Virus genome (UHGV): UHGV-0091736 | Source of the DNA: a virus | Length of the DNA: 64,000 bases | Direction: 5' to 3' (one strand) | Part shown: piece by piece, positions 1 through 7,593 of the stretch | Layout: each line of letters opens with the position of its first letter | Position numbering within the stretch: the stretch's first letter is position 1 | Made by a program: the position numbers and the translations under genes | The notes under the pieces: model-generated | The model's database searches: none | What the model saw: only the letters and a program-made list of their open reading frames with translations | Told to the model about the DNA's origin: nothing

Positions 1-527
1 GCTTCGAGGGTTTCCCTGTTAACCCCCTACTCCCGCAGGATAGTCTCTACACTTTCCACTTTCGAATCCATCTACAAGCGATTCCAAAGCTCACACCAAA
101 CCTTTCTGCAAGAGCAACACCAGTGCATTCATTGTTAAGCCAGAACTCTTTAGCAGCATCCTGTCTTTCTCTATTTCTGCCAGTGTTTGATTCAATAGCA
201 TGTGCACTACCTTCTAAGATTTCTAGATGGTCAGTATTACAACAAGCTCTATTCTTGCATTTATGGTTAACTTCATAACCGTCAGGAATTTTTCCAAATT
301 CCTCTTCCATGACGTATCTGTGATACATGACCCATTTGCCATTTATCACTTTTCGAAAGTAACCGTCTTTATTTAATTTGTGTGAGATAGGGATGATACA
401 TCCTGTGCTAGTTGTTTCTAGCACTAGATCTTTCTTAGCCATATCACCTCCTAATAGCTTAGCTCGGTATTGCCCTCAACTTAATGGTCGGGTTTCACCG
501 AGTTCACCAACTTTTACATGCACAATG
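1..527 (-). mobile_element. putative group I-type intron in the DNA polymerase gene (partial, runs off window start); carries HNH ORF 47-442
   Basis: Pol ORF loses similarity to T7 gp5 just before motif C (HDE) and ends HCACKSW*; DNA at the break (TGTGCATGTAAAAGTTGGTGAACTCGGTGAAA...GAGCTAAGCTA) closely matches DNA at the primase-helicase break (12440-12548). Confidence 0.5.
47..442 (-). CDS. HNH homing endonuclease (intron-encoded)
   Basis: 131 aa; His-Me finger motif EVNHKCKNRACCNTDHLE; SD AGGAGG upstream; sits inside the polymerase insertion. Confidence 0.7.
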   Translation of the reverse strand: MAKKDLVLETTSTGCIIPISHKLNKDGYFRKVINGKWVMYHRYVMEEEFGKIPDGYEVNHKCKNRACCNTDHLEILEGSAHAIESNTGRNRERQDAAKEFWLNNECTGVALAERFGVSFGIACRWIRKWKV

Positions 528-2225
528 AAGTTTATGCATATCAATTACCTTAGCACAACGAACTCCATCCTTCTCAATCCACTTGTTAAGGAACATCATA
601 GCGTATTTCATAACAACAGCACCAGCACATTGCAGGAGTGTGTTAAGTGCTTTATGAACCATAACTTTACCAGTGGCATCTCGTCTCATTGTAATCTTGC
701 GACCATCAACACCAATCAAGTACCCTTGAGCAGCTTTCTCTGTCATGCGATCAATGAGGATTGCAATACATGGGTTCTCTGCCAAGAAACGTGCTCGCAT
801 CACTGAACCTTCATCAGCCCCGCCACCTACAATTGAACCAAGCTTAGCATCACCAGCACCATAGTTGAATGCATAGATAAATGTCTTAGCATTGTCACGA
901 GTAGGGAGACCAGCAAGTTTCTGGTTGTGGGAGTGGATATCCCCTTCGAGGAGAATATCACGATACATAATAGCAGAAGCTAAACCGCGTTCTGCCAGAG
1001 CTTTCTTAGCTGGATTATTCTCTTCGATTGCTTCAGCAAGCATATCTCTACATTCTTTGATGAGGTAGTGAGCGAGCATACGAAGTTCAAGTCCAGAACC
1101 ATCATACCCTAAGAATACTTCTTTACCAGCGGGTATGTAATATTTGTAAGCACCTACAGGTTTGTCTTTCTTCCCCGGCTTACCTTTCTCGTAAATTACG
1201 TTAGTACCTTTTCGTATATAACAACCATCAGGAACAACGTTAGTAATAACGAAAGGACGAGAGTGATCACTGTCTGAGTTATAGTCAGACTCAAACAAAC
1301 TGCGACACTCGTGACCAAACAAACCACGGGAGGGAATATTAACCACGATACGATGTTTGAATCGAAAAGTCGGCGTAGCGCAGCTGTTAGCTTCTGCCGA
1401 AAGTTTACCATCTTCGCGTTCCTTTGCTATAAGTCCACTGATAAGACCTAGCCTGTGAGCCGCTACAACACGTCTCTTAAGCAAACTTCCAACACTCCCT
1501 AGCTCACCCCCTAACCCTTCTTCAAGAGTCTCCTCGAGGTTTGTAGGAGCTGTAGGCCACTTGTTTGATGTAGCTAGTGCTTTCTTAATCTCATCAAACG
1601 TTACAGGGTTACGGCGATTAGGGTTTAATCCCAAACCAAACACGTAAGCCTTCATGTAATTCTTAGTCTTAAACCTAAAATGCTTTTCTAAGAATTTCTT
1701 GATATCAGCGTCAACCATCTCGGCTGTCTGCTTCTGCTTAGCACTGCCTCTCATCCAAGCAGTGTACCAAGCCTGATATGTTCCATACTTTCGCATGTCT
1801 TTCTTAATTTCGAAAGTATTCCAAGGCTTCTTAGATACGTTAAACTCTGGAGGAAGAAAGCCCTCATCCATAAGAGCTTCTTTAACTCGTGCATCTTTCG
1901 ATGGGTCAAAGTCTACATATTCTACACAGGTGAATGCTCCACCAATGTCTTCTCTCTTCAGCCCAACCCTATCACAATAAGCTTGAGGCCACTTCTGCAA
2001 AGCACCAGACTTCTTAAACGGCTTCATGTAAGTAGAGCCATCTAATCTCATCTTAGGTAAGAGAGGAATCAACTCTCTATCAATATTAACAATAATCTCT
2101 TTAAGGAGGTGAACATACCACCGAGCATTTCTTCGGTTGAAACTCACTCCGTGCTTTGCTTGCTTAGAGATTATATCAGCGACAGTCATCTCTGTCAAAA
2201 ATGGAAGAGCGTCCGGGTTGCTCAC
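504..2225 (-). CDS. DNA polymerase, family A, T7 gp5-like polymerase domain (5' exon; exon probably ends near 525, motif C lies beyond window)
   Basis: 573 aa; motif A YDGSGLELRMLAHYL; motif B RDNAKTFIYAFNYGAGDAKLG; GVDGRKI...HKALNTLLQCAGA matches T7 gp5 C-terminal region; thumb region alignable to T7 thioredoxin-binding segment. Confidence 0.9.
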   Translation of the reverse strand: MSNPDALPFLTEMTVADIISKQAKHGVSFNRRNARWYVHLLKEIIVNIDRELIPLLPKMRLDGSTYMKPFKKSGALQKWPQAYCDRVGLKREDIGGAFTCVEYVDFDPSKDARVKEALMDEGFLPPEFNVSKKPWNTFEIKKDMRKYGTYQAWYTAWMRGSAKQKQTAEMVDADIKKFLEKHFRFKTKNYMKAYVFGLGLNPNRRNPVTFDEIKKALATSNKWPTAPTNLEETLEEGLGGELGSVGSLLKRRVVAAHRLGLISGLIAKEREDGKLSAEANSCATPTFRFKHRIVVNIPSRGLFGHECRSLFESDYNSDSDHSRPFVITNVVPDGCYIRKGTNVIYEKGKPGKKDKPVGAYKYYIPAGKEVFLGYDGSGLELRMLAHYLIKECRDMLAEAIEENNPAKKALAERGLASAIMYRDILLEGDIHSHNQKLAGLPTRDNAKTFIYAFNYGAGDAKLGSIVGGGADEGSVMRARFLAENPCIAILIDRMTEKAAQGYLIGVDGRKITMRRDATGKVMVHKALNTLLQCAGAVVMKYAMMFLNKWIEKDGVRCAKVIDMHKLHCACKSW

Positions 2226-2241
2226 TTTATACTCCTTTGAA

Positions 2242-2646
2242 TTATTGGTAAAGTAAATCTGTAAATGCTTGGTTGTCAGTTATTGCATCTAGGTCATTAT
2301 GAGATACTCGGATAACATTACCTTCAACTCTCCACGGAGTTGGCGTAGGTGAAGACCTAACTTCAAGAGGCTGCTCTCTGACTAAATGGGCCATGACCCT
2401 CTGATTGGCAACTTCCTCTCTTTCTCGAATAGCTCTTTGGATGTAGGCCAGCTTCATGCCCCAAGCTTCTTCAAACTCTTGAGGATGTTTGTCACTGATA
2501 ACCACATACTGACGCTCAGGGATACCAGATCGAATCTCTGATAATAATTCATGGAACAAATCAAGTTCATGTTCAGTGAGATTCATTTCGATATCATCCC
2601 ACTTGAGAACTAAGAAACGGTTTTGATATCTAGTTGGTAATGGCAT
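2242..2646 (-). CDS. hypothetical protein
   Basis: 134 aa ORF, tightly packed with neighbours. Confidence 0.5.
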   Translation of the reverse strand: MPLPTRYQNRFLVLKWDDIEMNLTEHELDLFHELLSEIRSGIPERQYVVISDKHPQEFEEAWGMKLAYIQRAIREREEVANQRVMAHLVREQPLEVRSSPTPTPWRVEGNVIRVSHNDLDAITDNQAFTDLLYQ

Positions 2647-2649
2647 AGC

Positions 2650-2934
2650 TTAACCTTTTGGGAATGGCATTAAAGACTCCATAGCAGATTTAATTTTGCT
2701 ATTGATTCGAGCATCTCTATAAGAGATAAACTTACCTTTGCTATCTCGTAACATCACATGAGTTCTGGCTGTTGTGTTAGGAAGTAATGTAATCCCAGTT
2801 GGGATATTGTCAACCCCCACAGGGAGTTTGTGAATAGTCTTACTTTCAGTTAATAGGTAAGACCAAGTAATTGGTTTACGATCTGTTCGATTAGGATATG
2901 TGTCTCGAATCTGAACCATAGCTAATTTATTCAT
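2650..2934 (-). CDS. hypothetical protein, tandem paralog of 2936-3187
   Basis: 94 aa; shares RDSKGKFISY...PFPKG with neighbour (ADGKFISY...PFPKGV). Confidence 0.55.
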   Translation of the reverse strand: MNKLAMVQIRDTYPNRTDRKPITWSYLLTESKTIHKLPVGVDNIPTGITLLPNTTARTHVMLRDSKGKFISYRDARINSKIKSAMESLMPFPKG

Positions 2935-2935
2935 A

Positions 2936-3187
2936 TTAAACTCCTTTAGGGAATGGGATGAGGTTTTCTACTGCAACACGAAAAGATTTTTCTACATTCT
3001 TATTCTTATAAGAAATGAATTTACCATCAGCACCACGAAGGATTACGTTAGTACGAGCTGTATTGGAAACTAAAGTGATCATAGAGATGGTGTTATTTTT
3101 TGAGTTGTTGTAGTTGTTATCGAAAGTCCACTTATCCAGACGATCATCCATTACATCAATAATAGTTACAGTTTTTACGATAGACAT
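2936..3187 (-). CDS. hypothetical protein, tandem paralog of 2650-2934
   Basis: 83 aa; conserved GKFISY and C-terminal PFPKG. Confidence 0.55.
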   Translation of the reverse strand: MSIVKTVTIIDVMDDRLDKWTFDNNYNNSKNNTISMITLVSNTARTNVILRGADGKFISYKNKNVEKSFRVAVENLIPFPKGV

Positions 3188-3222
3188 ATTTGTTACCTAA
3201 GAAGTTTAGTTTGGTTTATATA

Positions 3223-3250
3223 AAAGAAAAGGCCACCCATTTGGGTAGCC
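3223..3250 (-). terminator. rho-independent terminator after basic-protein gene
   Basis: minus-strand GGCTACCCaaatGGGTGGCC followed by TTTTCTTTT. Confidence 0.6.
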
Positions 3251-3255
3251 TTATA

Positions 3256-3573
3256 TCATGATGAGCTTAAAGCTCCTTTGCGTGCTCCAGCTGCTTTTCC
3301 AGCTCGATCACCACTTTTGCCGCCGTTTGAACGGTTTGAGCTGACTGATTCAACACGTAAGTTGCTTGACGCATTAGAGCCTCCAGACTTGATAGCTCGT
3401 TTGTGTCCAACGTCTTTACCTCTGACAGCAGCTTTTCCATCGCGCTTTTCAACGATGCGACGTGCACGGTGGCGCTGAGCATCTCCGCTCTTGCTCCCAA
3501 TGCCTGTTTCACCACGGGCAATTGCGGTACGTCTTTCTTGTGCATAATCTCTCTTTCCTACATGGTCTGCCAT
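3256..3573 (-). CDS. small highly basic Gly/Ser/Arg/Lys-rich protein (putative nucleic-acid-binding)
   Basis: 105 aa; SD AAGGAG 7 nt before ATG; G-rich first codon position; late-type TAATGTATA motif about 37 nt upstream; terminator immediately downstream. Confidence 0.55.
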   Translation of the reverse strand: MADHVGKRDYAQERRTAIARGETGIGSKSGDAQRHRARRIVEKRDGKAAVRGKDVGHKRAIKSGGSNASSNLRVESVSSNRSNGGKSGDRAGKAAGARKGALSSS

Positions 3574-3609
3574 TTAAAACTCCTTAACATATCAGTGTAC
3601 ACTAAGGAG

Positions 3610-3618
3610 TATACATTA
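3610..3618 (-). promoter_or_regulatory. TAATGTATA promoter-like motif (minus strand)
   Basis: same 9-mer occurs at 47721 and 63306 about 35-40 nt upstream of start codons. Confidence 0.4.
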
Positions 3619-3629
3619 TAAGTTACTGT

Positions 3630-5348
3630 TTAAGCTTTCTTTTCCATTGCTTTAACAATCGCCTTACAGAAACCAGAACGAACAATATCATCTGATTCAC
3701 CATCTACAATCTCAGCAAACTCATACAGATCATGTTCATCAATAAAGTTAGTAGCCCAAGTAAGACCACTCTCACGACCACGCATATCATGCTGGTTAGT
3801 ATCACCCATGCAGAACAGCTGAGAGGTTTCTCCCAATCGAGTCATGATTGAGAAGGCTTCATCTTTAGTTGTGTTCTGGAACTCATCCACGATAACAATG
3901 GCATCATTGAAAGAGCGACCACGGAGATATTCCAGAGGTACAAATTCAATGTTACCATTTCCGATTTGGCATTCATAGAACCCCTTACCATATCGCTGAG
4001 TAATAACATCAATGATAGGCATCAGGTATGGTTCAAACTTCTCACGCATCCCCCCCGGAAGTAACCCAAGAGAGTTACCCATGCCGACCGAAGGGCGACT
4101 CAGAATGATCTTCTGAATCTTACCACTCTTCAGTGCATCAATAACTGTGGAAGTGATTACAAAGGTCTTACCACAGTTACCTGTCACGAAAATGTTATCA
4201 TCTCGACGGAGCAACAGAGCACCTGTTGAGGTTGTAAAGCAATATTTAAAACCATCCTCCGTCTTCATCTTTGTGATCACAGCTTTCCCAGATTGTGGGT
4301 TGTTTGGGGTAATACTGATATGTGTCTGTTTAGAGAAATAAACACGATACTCTAGAGATTTACGAGTATATCCACCATACTCCCGACCAACTCTGTCGTA
4401 AGTTATGATAGATGATTTGTAACCACACTGCATTCCTACAAACTGGATATAGTCTGCATCATCTTTATCGGAAGTAAAGAAAGGTGGTAGTCTATTTCCT
4501 TGTAGGGCAAAACCCCCGTCCCAGAATTTAATCTCATCAAAGATGATTTTAGCATCACTCTTGTTACACAAAGGCCAGTCTTTATACCTTTTAGTCGCAC
4601 CTAGAAGAGAGAAAGATATTACATGAAACCCTGTATCATCTGACTTTTCTGAGTAATCTAAATGGAGAGTATCCAATAACTCTTTGAGTCGAGAAATCTT
4701 CCTCTCTTTCTTTAATCTGAAGACGAATCGCGAGGTGGACTCTGTTTCCAAGTGGGCATCAGCCTTGATGGCAACATGAAGACGTAATTCAGGTTCAGAT
4801 AGACCTAAACTTTTCCCTGAAACAAAGTTGGATGTAGTTTTAATTAGACCCTCAAACCCTATCTTCTTCTTGTGGTGCCTTGAAAGAAGATCAGATACCT
4901 TGATTTTGTTCGCTTTGTCTTTATCTCCCTTACGATAATAAACGACATTATGGTCATCACATAACGCCTGAGATATCCCACGGTATGTTTTAAACAAGTT
5001 CAACTCTTTACACTCTTGTTTAATATAAGCTACAGGTTTTTCTAAATGAGACTCTCCTGTGGTTAAGTTTACTGCTGTTATTAAATCACCTTCCACATAG
5101 TCAGAAATCTTTTTCCATCCAAACTCTGAGAGAAACTCGGTATCCTTATCAACACAGCCCGCAGGAGCGTCTGTGAACACAACTTGTTTAGTCTTAATAG
5201 CATTGAGTAGCTCAGACTGAAACTGGTTCTGAGGGACTACAGGCTTTGCTAAAACCACCTCTTCATACTCTCGCTTACCCTTACGAGTAACAAGTGCTTC
5301 CCGACGAAGGTCTTTCCGTGATTCTTTCCTTGATTGACGACGACTCAT
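3630..5348 (-). CDS. phoH: PhoH-like ATPase interrupted by an intein
   Basis: 572 aa; P-loop reconstituted as DAPAG + CGKT across the insert; PhoH motifs LSRPSVGMGNSLGLLPGG, VIVDEFQNTT, MGDTNQHD. Confidence 0.8.
   Translation of the reverse strand: MSRRQSRKESRKDLRREALVTRKGKREYEEVVLAKPVVPQNQFQSELLNAIKTKQVVFTDAPAGCVDKDTEFLSEFGWKKISDYVEGDLITAVNLTTGESHLEKPVAYIKQECKELNLFKTYRGISQALCDDHNVVYYRKGDKDKANKIKVSDLLSRHHKKKIGFEGLIKTTSNFVSGKSLGLSEPELRLHVAIKADAHLETESTSRFVFRLKKERKISRLKELLDTLHLDYSEKSDDTGFHVISFSLLGATKRYKDWPLCNKSDAKIIFDEIKFWDGGFALQGNRLPPFFTSDKDDADYIQFVGMQCGYKSSIITYDRVGREYGGYTRKSLEYRVYFSKQTHISITPNNPQSGKAVITKMKTEDGFKYCFTTSTGALLLRRDDNIFVTGNCGKTFVITSTVIDALKSGKIQKIILSRPSVGMGNSLGLLPGGMREKFEPYLMPIIDVITQRYGKGFYECQIGNGNIEFVPLEYLRGRSFNDAIVIVDEFQNTTKDEAFSIMTRLGETSQLFCMGDTNQHDMRGRESGLTWATNFIDEHDLYEFAEIVDGESDDIVRSGFCKAIVKAMEKKA
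4176..5156 (-). mobile_element. intein (327 aa) inside PhoH Walker A motif
   Basis: Begins C-VDKDTEF (block A like), TGESH (block B TxxH), ends FVTGN followed by +1 Cys of CGKT; in frame, no stops. Confidence 0.6.
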
Positions 5349-5530
5349 TTACGCTCTCCAATTTCTTCGTAATGACACTCAGTGGTTAAACAATCTTTAC
5401 AGATTGCTGTGTAAACCCTGACGTTAGTAAATCGTTTGTTCTTCCCTTTGGTTGGAGAGCCTTTGGCAAGCTCTCTGATAACCTTGTTACTTAAATGAAG
5501 GTTTGTTCCTTCACATTTAGAGCACTTCAT
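5345..5530 (-). CDS. small zinc-ribbon protein
   Basis: 61 aa with CSKC...CKDC pairs. Confidence 0.45.
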   Translation of the reverse strand: MKCSKCEGTNLHLSNKVIRELAKGSPTKGKNKRFTNVRVYTAICKDCLTTECHYEEIGERK

Positions 5531-5846
5531 GGTTCATATCTTTATGAATCCTGTAAACAGCTGTCGCCATACAAGCAACAGCCTCATTGTGTGGGAGGTG
5601 CATCCCTGTAGAACCATCCCAATCTTTGAACTCATTGTCAAAGACTCCAGTAGGCTCTGGATACAGAGCTTGCAGCTCCACTAGATCATTAGCAACTTGT
5701 TGCCATTTATCATCAGACCAGATAGGGTCATCCAACCAGTAATACAAATAGGAATGGATGATCAATTGCCTTCTGTGCCGATTAATTACTTCAGCGGGAC
5801 TTATTTCACTTCCATTTGAAGTCCTAAATGTATTACTGTCAATCAT
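5517..5846 (-). CDS. hypothetical protein with NAD-ligase Ia-domain-like motif
   Basis: 109 aa; HSYLYYWLDDPIWSDDKWQQV...LQALYPE resembles N-terminal Ia domain of NAD-dependent DNA ligases. Confidence 0.5.
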   Translation of the reverse strand: MIDSNTFRTSNGSEISPAEVINRHRRQLIIHSYLYYWLDDPIWSDDKWQQVANDLVELQALYPEPTGVFDNEFKDWDGSTGMHLPHNEAVACMATAVYRIHKDMNHEVL

Positions 5847-6061
5847 TTCACAACCTTAAATTTGAATGTTGTTGGGTGGTAATAGTGCAATCTATTGATA
5901 ATGTGCTTATTCTCATGATAGGTAATACAAGCATGGCACATGGAATGAGTTAAACCAGTTACAGAATTAGGTTTAAAGTTGACAATAGGCTTCTCTTTCT
6001 TACAGAAGCTACACACTTTATGTGTCATCAGTTCTCCAAAGTTTTCTTCAGAGCTGCCCAT
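5843..6061 (-). CDS. small zinc-finger protein
   Basis: 72 aa; CSFC...CHAC. Confidence 0.45.
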   Translation of the reverse strand: MGSSEENFGELMTHKVCSFCKKEKPIVNFKPNSVTGLTHSMCHACITYHENKHIINRLHYYHPTTFKFKVVK

Positions 6062-6684
6062 GAGATTGGGTAGAGCTTAGCCATCTCTTCATCCAGAGAT
6101 TGGGCAAACACTCGAACTTCATATTGAGCGTGAGAGGAGAGTCGCTGACGACACAACTCAAACCAGCCATACAAAGAACCGGTCCACACCCACTCAGTGA
6201 TCATTCCCTGAGGAAGAACAAATCGAGCTTGCTCTGGTGCAATAAATTCAATCAACTTGTCATATGCTGCTAGAGAAGCTTCATATGCATCATTAATCAG
6301 CATTAATGCTTCAGCTCGCTCTCCGTCAATGAGTTGAATCCCTGAACCTGCATGGAGGTCCGAAGGTCTCGCAAAAATCTCTTTAGGGATGAAGACTTCA
6401 ACTGCTCCATCTTTATACCGCCGGGACATTTCGTTCCACGAGAATCCAACCTGATGCTTGCCCAACTGTCTCGCAATTGCGATAGGTGCTTTGCATCGGA
6501 AACTGACTTGCGGGTGTCGGAATGGGGTAACATGCTTCTCTCTTGCGAGGAAGTTGATGAGACGTTCATCACGTTCATTTAAATCACCTTCACGGGTTAC
6601 GCCAAAGGAAACTCGAGCTGCGTTTACTACGCTACGATCACTTCCCATAGCTTCGATTAATGTTGCTTGTAGTTGTTCATTCAT
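6028..6684 (-). CDS. thyX: flavin-dependent thymidylate synthase ThyX
   Basis: 218 aa; KHQVGFSWNEMSRRY fits the ThyX RHRxxSxxxxSxRY signature region. Confidence 0.65.
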   Translation of the reverse strand: MNEQLQATLIEAMGSDRSVVNAARVSFGVTREGDLNERDERLINFLAREKHVTPFRHPQVSFRCKAPIAIARQLGKHQVGFSWNEMSRRYKDGAVEVFIPKEIFARPSDLHAGSGIQLIDGERAEALMLINDAYEASLAAYDKLIEFIAPEQARFVLPQGMITEWVWTGSLYGWFELCRQRLSSHAQYEVRVFAQSLDEEMAKLYPISWAALKKTLEN

Positions 6685-6699
6685 CCGTGAATTTCCTTA

Positions 6700-6909
6700 T
6701 TAATATTCTTTTACATAATAAATCACTAAGGTTCCCATCTCTGACAACGTTGATTTATGTAAGCTTATTTTACTATAAATCTTTGGAGCCATCTTAAGAG
6801 ATTTCTTAAAACGGCGAGCATCTTTACGAGTAGCAAAGTGCTCTGTGACAGGTATAGACTGGTCTTGGTGGAGATAATATACCACCGTCCAATATTTTTT
6901 CATAATCAA
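6700..6909 (-). CDS. hypothetical protein
   Basis: 69 aa ORF overlapping neighbours by 4 nt. Confidence 0.45.
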   Translation of the reverse strand: MIMKKYWTVVYYLHQDQSIPVTEHFATRKDARRFKKSLKMAPKIYSKISLHKSTLSEMGTLVIYYVKEY

Positions 6910-7184
6910 ACACCTAGGGCAGTAGTTAAGAATGCTTTCAGGTTTGCTTCGGTCTGCATACCAGAAATGCTGTAGTGTGCACCACTATTACGGTCAGGCA
7001 CAATGAAAGCAGGGATACTTCGTACACCATACTTAACAGCTTGCTCACGACCATCACCTTCAAGGATGTTAATCTCTTCCACTTCTACATCAAACTCCTT
7101 AACAACCTTCTCAAAGGTAGGAGCCATTGCTTTACATGGAGCACACTGATCACTATAAAACTTAATTACTTTAGACATTAACAA
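6906..7184 (-). CDS. thioredoxin
   Basis: 92 aa; CAPCK active site, KYGVRSIPAFIV, LKAFL; close to E. coli TrxA pattern. Confidence 0.8.
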   Translation of the reverse strand: MLMSKVIKFYSDQCAPCKAMAPTFEKVVKEFDVEVEEINILEGDGREQAVKYGVRSIPAFIVPDRNSGAHYSISGMQTEANLKAFLTTALGV

Positions 7185-7348
7185 TCCTCGTTAACAAATT
7201 CTTTAAGGTGGCGTTTTGTGGTAGGGATTACGATGTAATCTTTATACCCTTGAGCTTTGGCTAAATCCTCAGCTATCTTTTTAGTAGCCCCCAATGCCAT
7301 CACACACTGACAAACAATCACCGTGTGAGCTTTGTATTCGTCCTTCAT
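7178..7348 (-). CDS. small hypothetical protein (below ORF-track cutoff)
   Basis: 56 aa MKDEYKAHTVIVCQC...; weak SD; overlaps thioredoxin start by 7 nt. Confidence 0.3.
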   Translation of the reverse strand: MKDEYKAHTVIVCQCVMALGATKKIAEDLAKAQGYKDYIVIPTTKRHLKEFVNEDC

Positions 7349-7357
7349 TTAAGAACC

Positions 7358-7537
7358 TTATGCAGTCAGGAGGTGAAGCAGGAACGGGATAACAACAGCT
7401 ACGATAACCATGATAGTTGATGCTGTTTGAATCTCACCTTTCTTATCAGGAGTTTCTTCAATAAGCTTACCAGAAGCCCAATAAATACCACCACCAATAA
7501 AGATAGCCCAAATACCCCATACGATTGCTGATAACAT
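7358..7537 (-). CDS. small two-helix membrane protein
   Basis: 59 aa MLSAIVWGIWAIFIGGGIYW...MVIVAVVIPFLLHLL; SD AAGGA upstream; alternative to the 66-aa track ORF in another frame. Confidence 0.4.
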   Translation of the reverse strand: MLSAIVWGIWAIFIGGGIYWASGKLIEETPDKKGEIQTASTIMVIVAVVIPFLLHLLTA

Positions 7538-7593
7538 ACATCGATATCCTTATAAAGATAAAACCCCGTCTATTCCTAGACAGGGTTTGAGTT

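Noticed and set aside
378-806. 142-aa plus-strand ORF overlapping the HNH and polymerase genes
   Set aside because: Antisense to well-supported polymerase coding sequence
3267-3545. 92-aa coiled-coil-like ORF overlapping the basic-protein gene in another frame
   Set aside because: The 3256-3573 frame has the stronger SD, G-rich first codon positions and flanking promoter motif and terminator; kept as the less likely alternative
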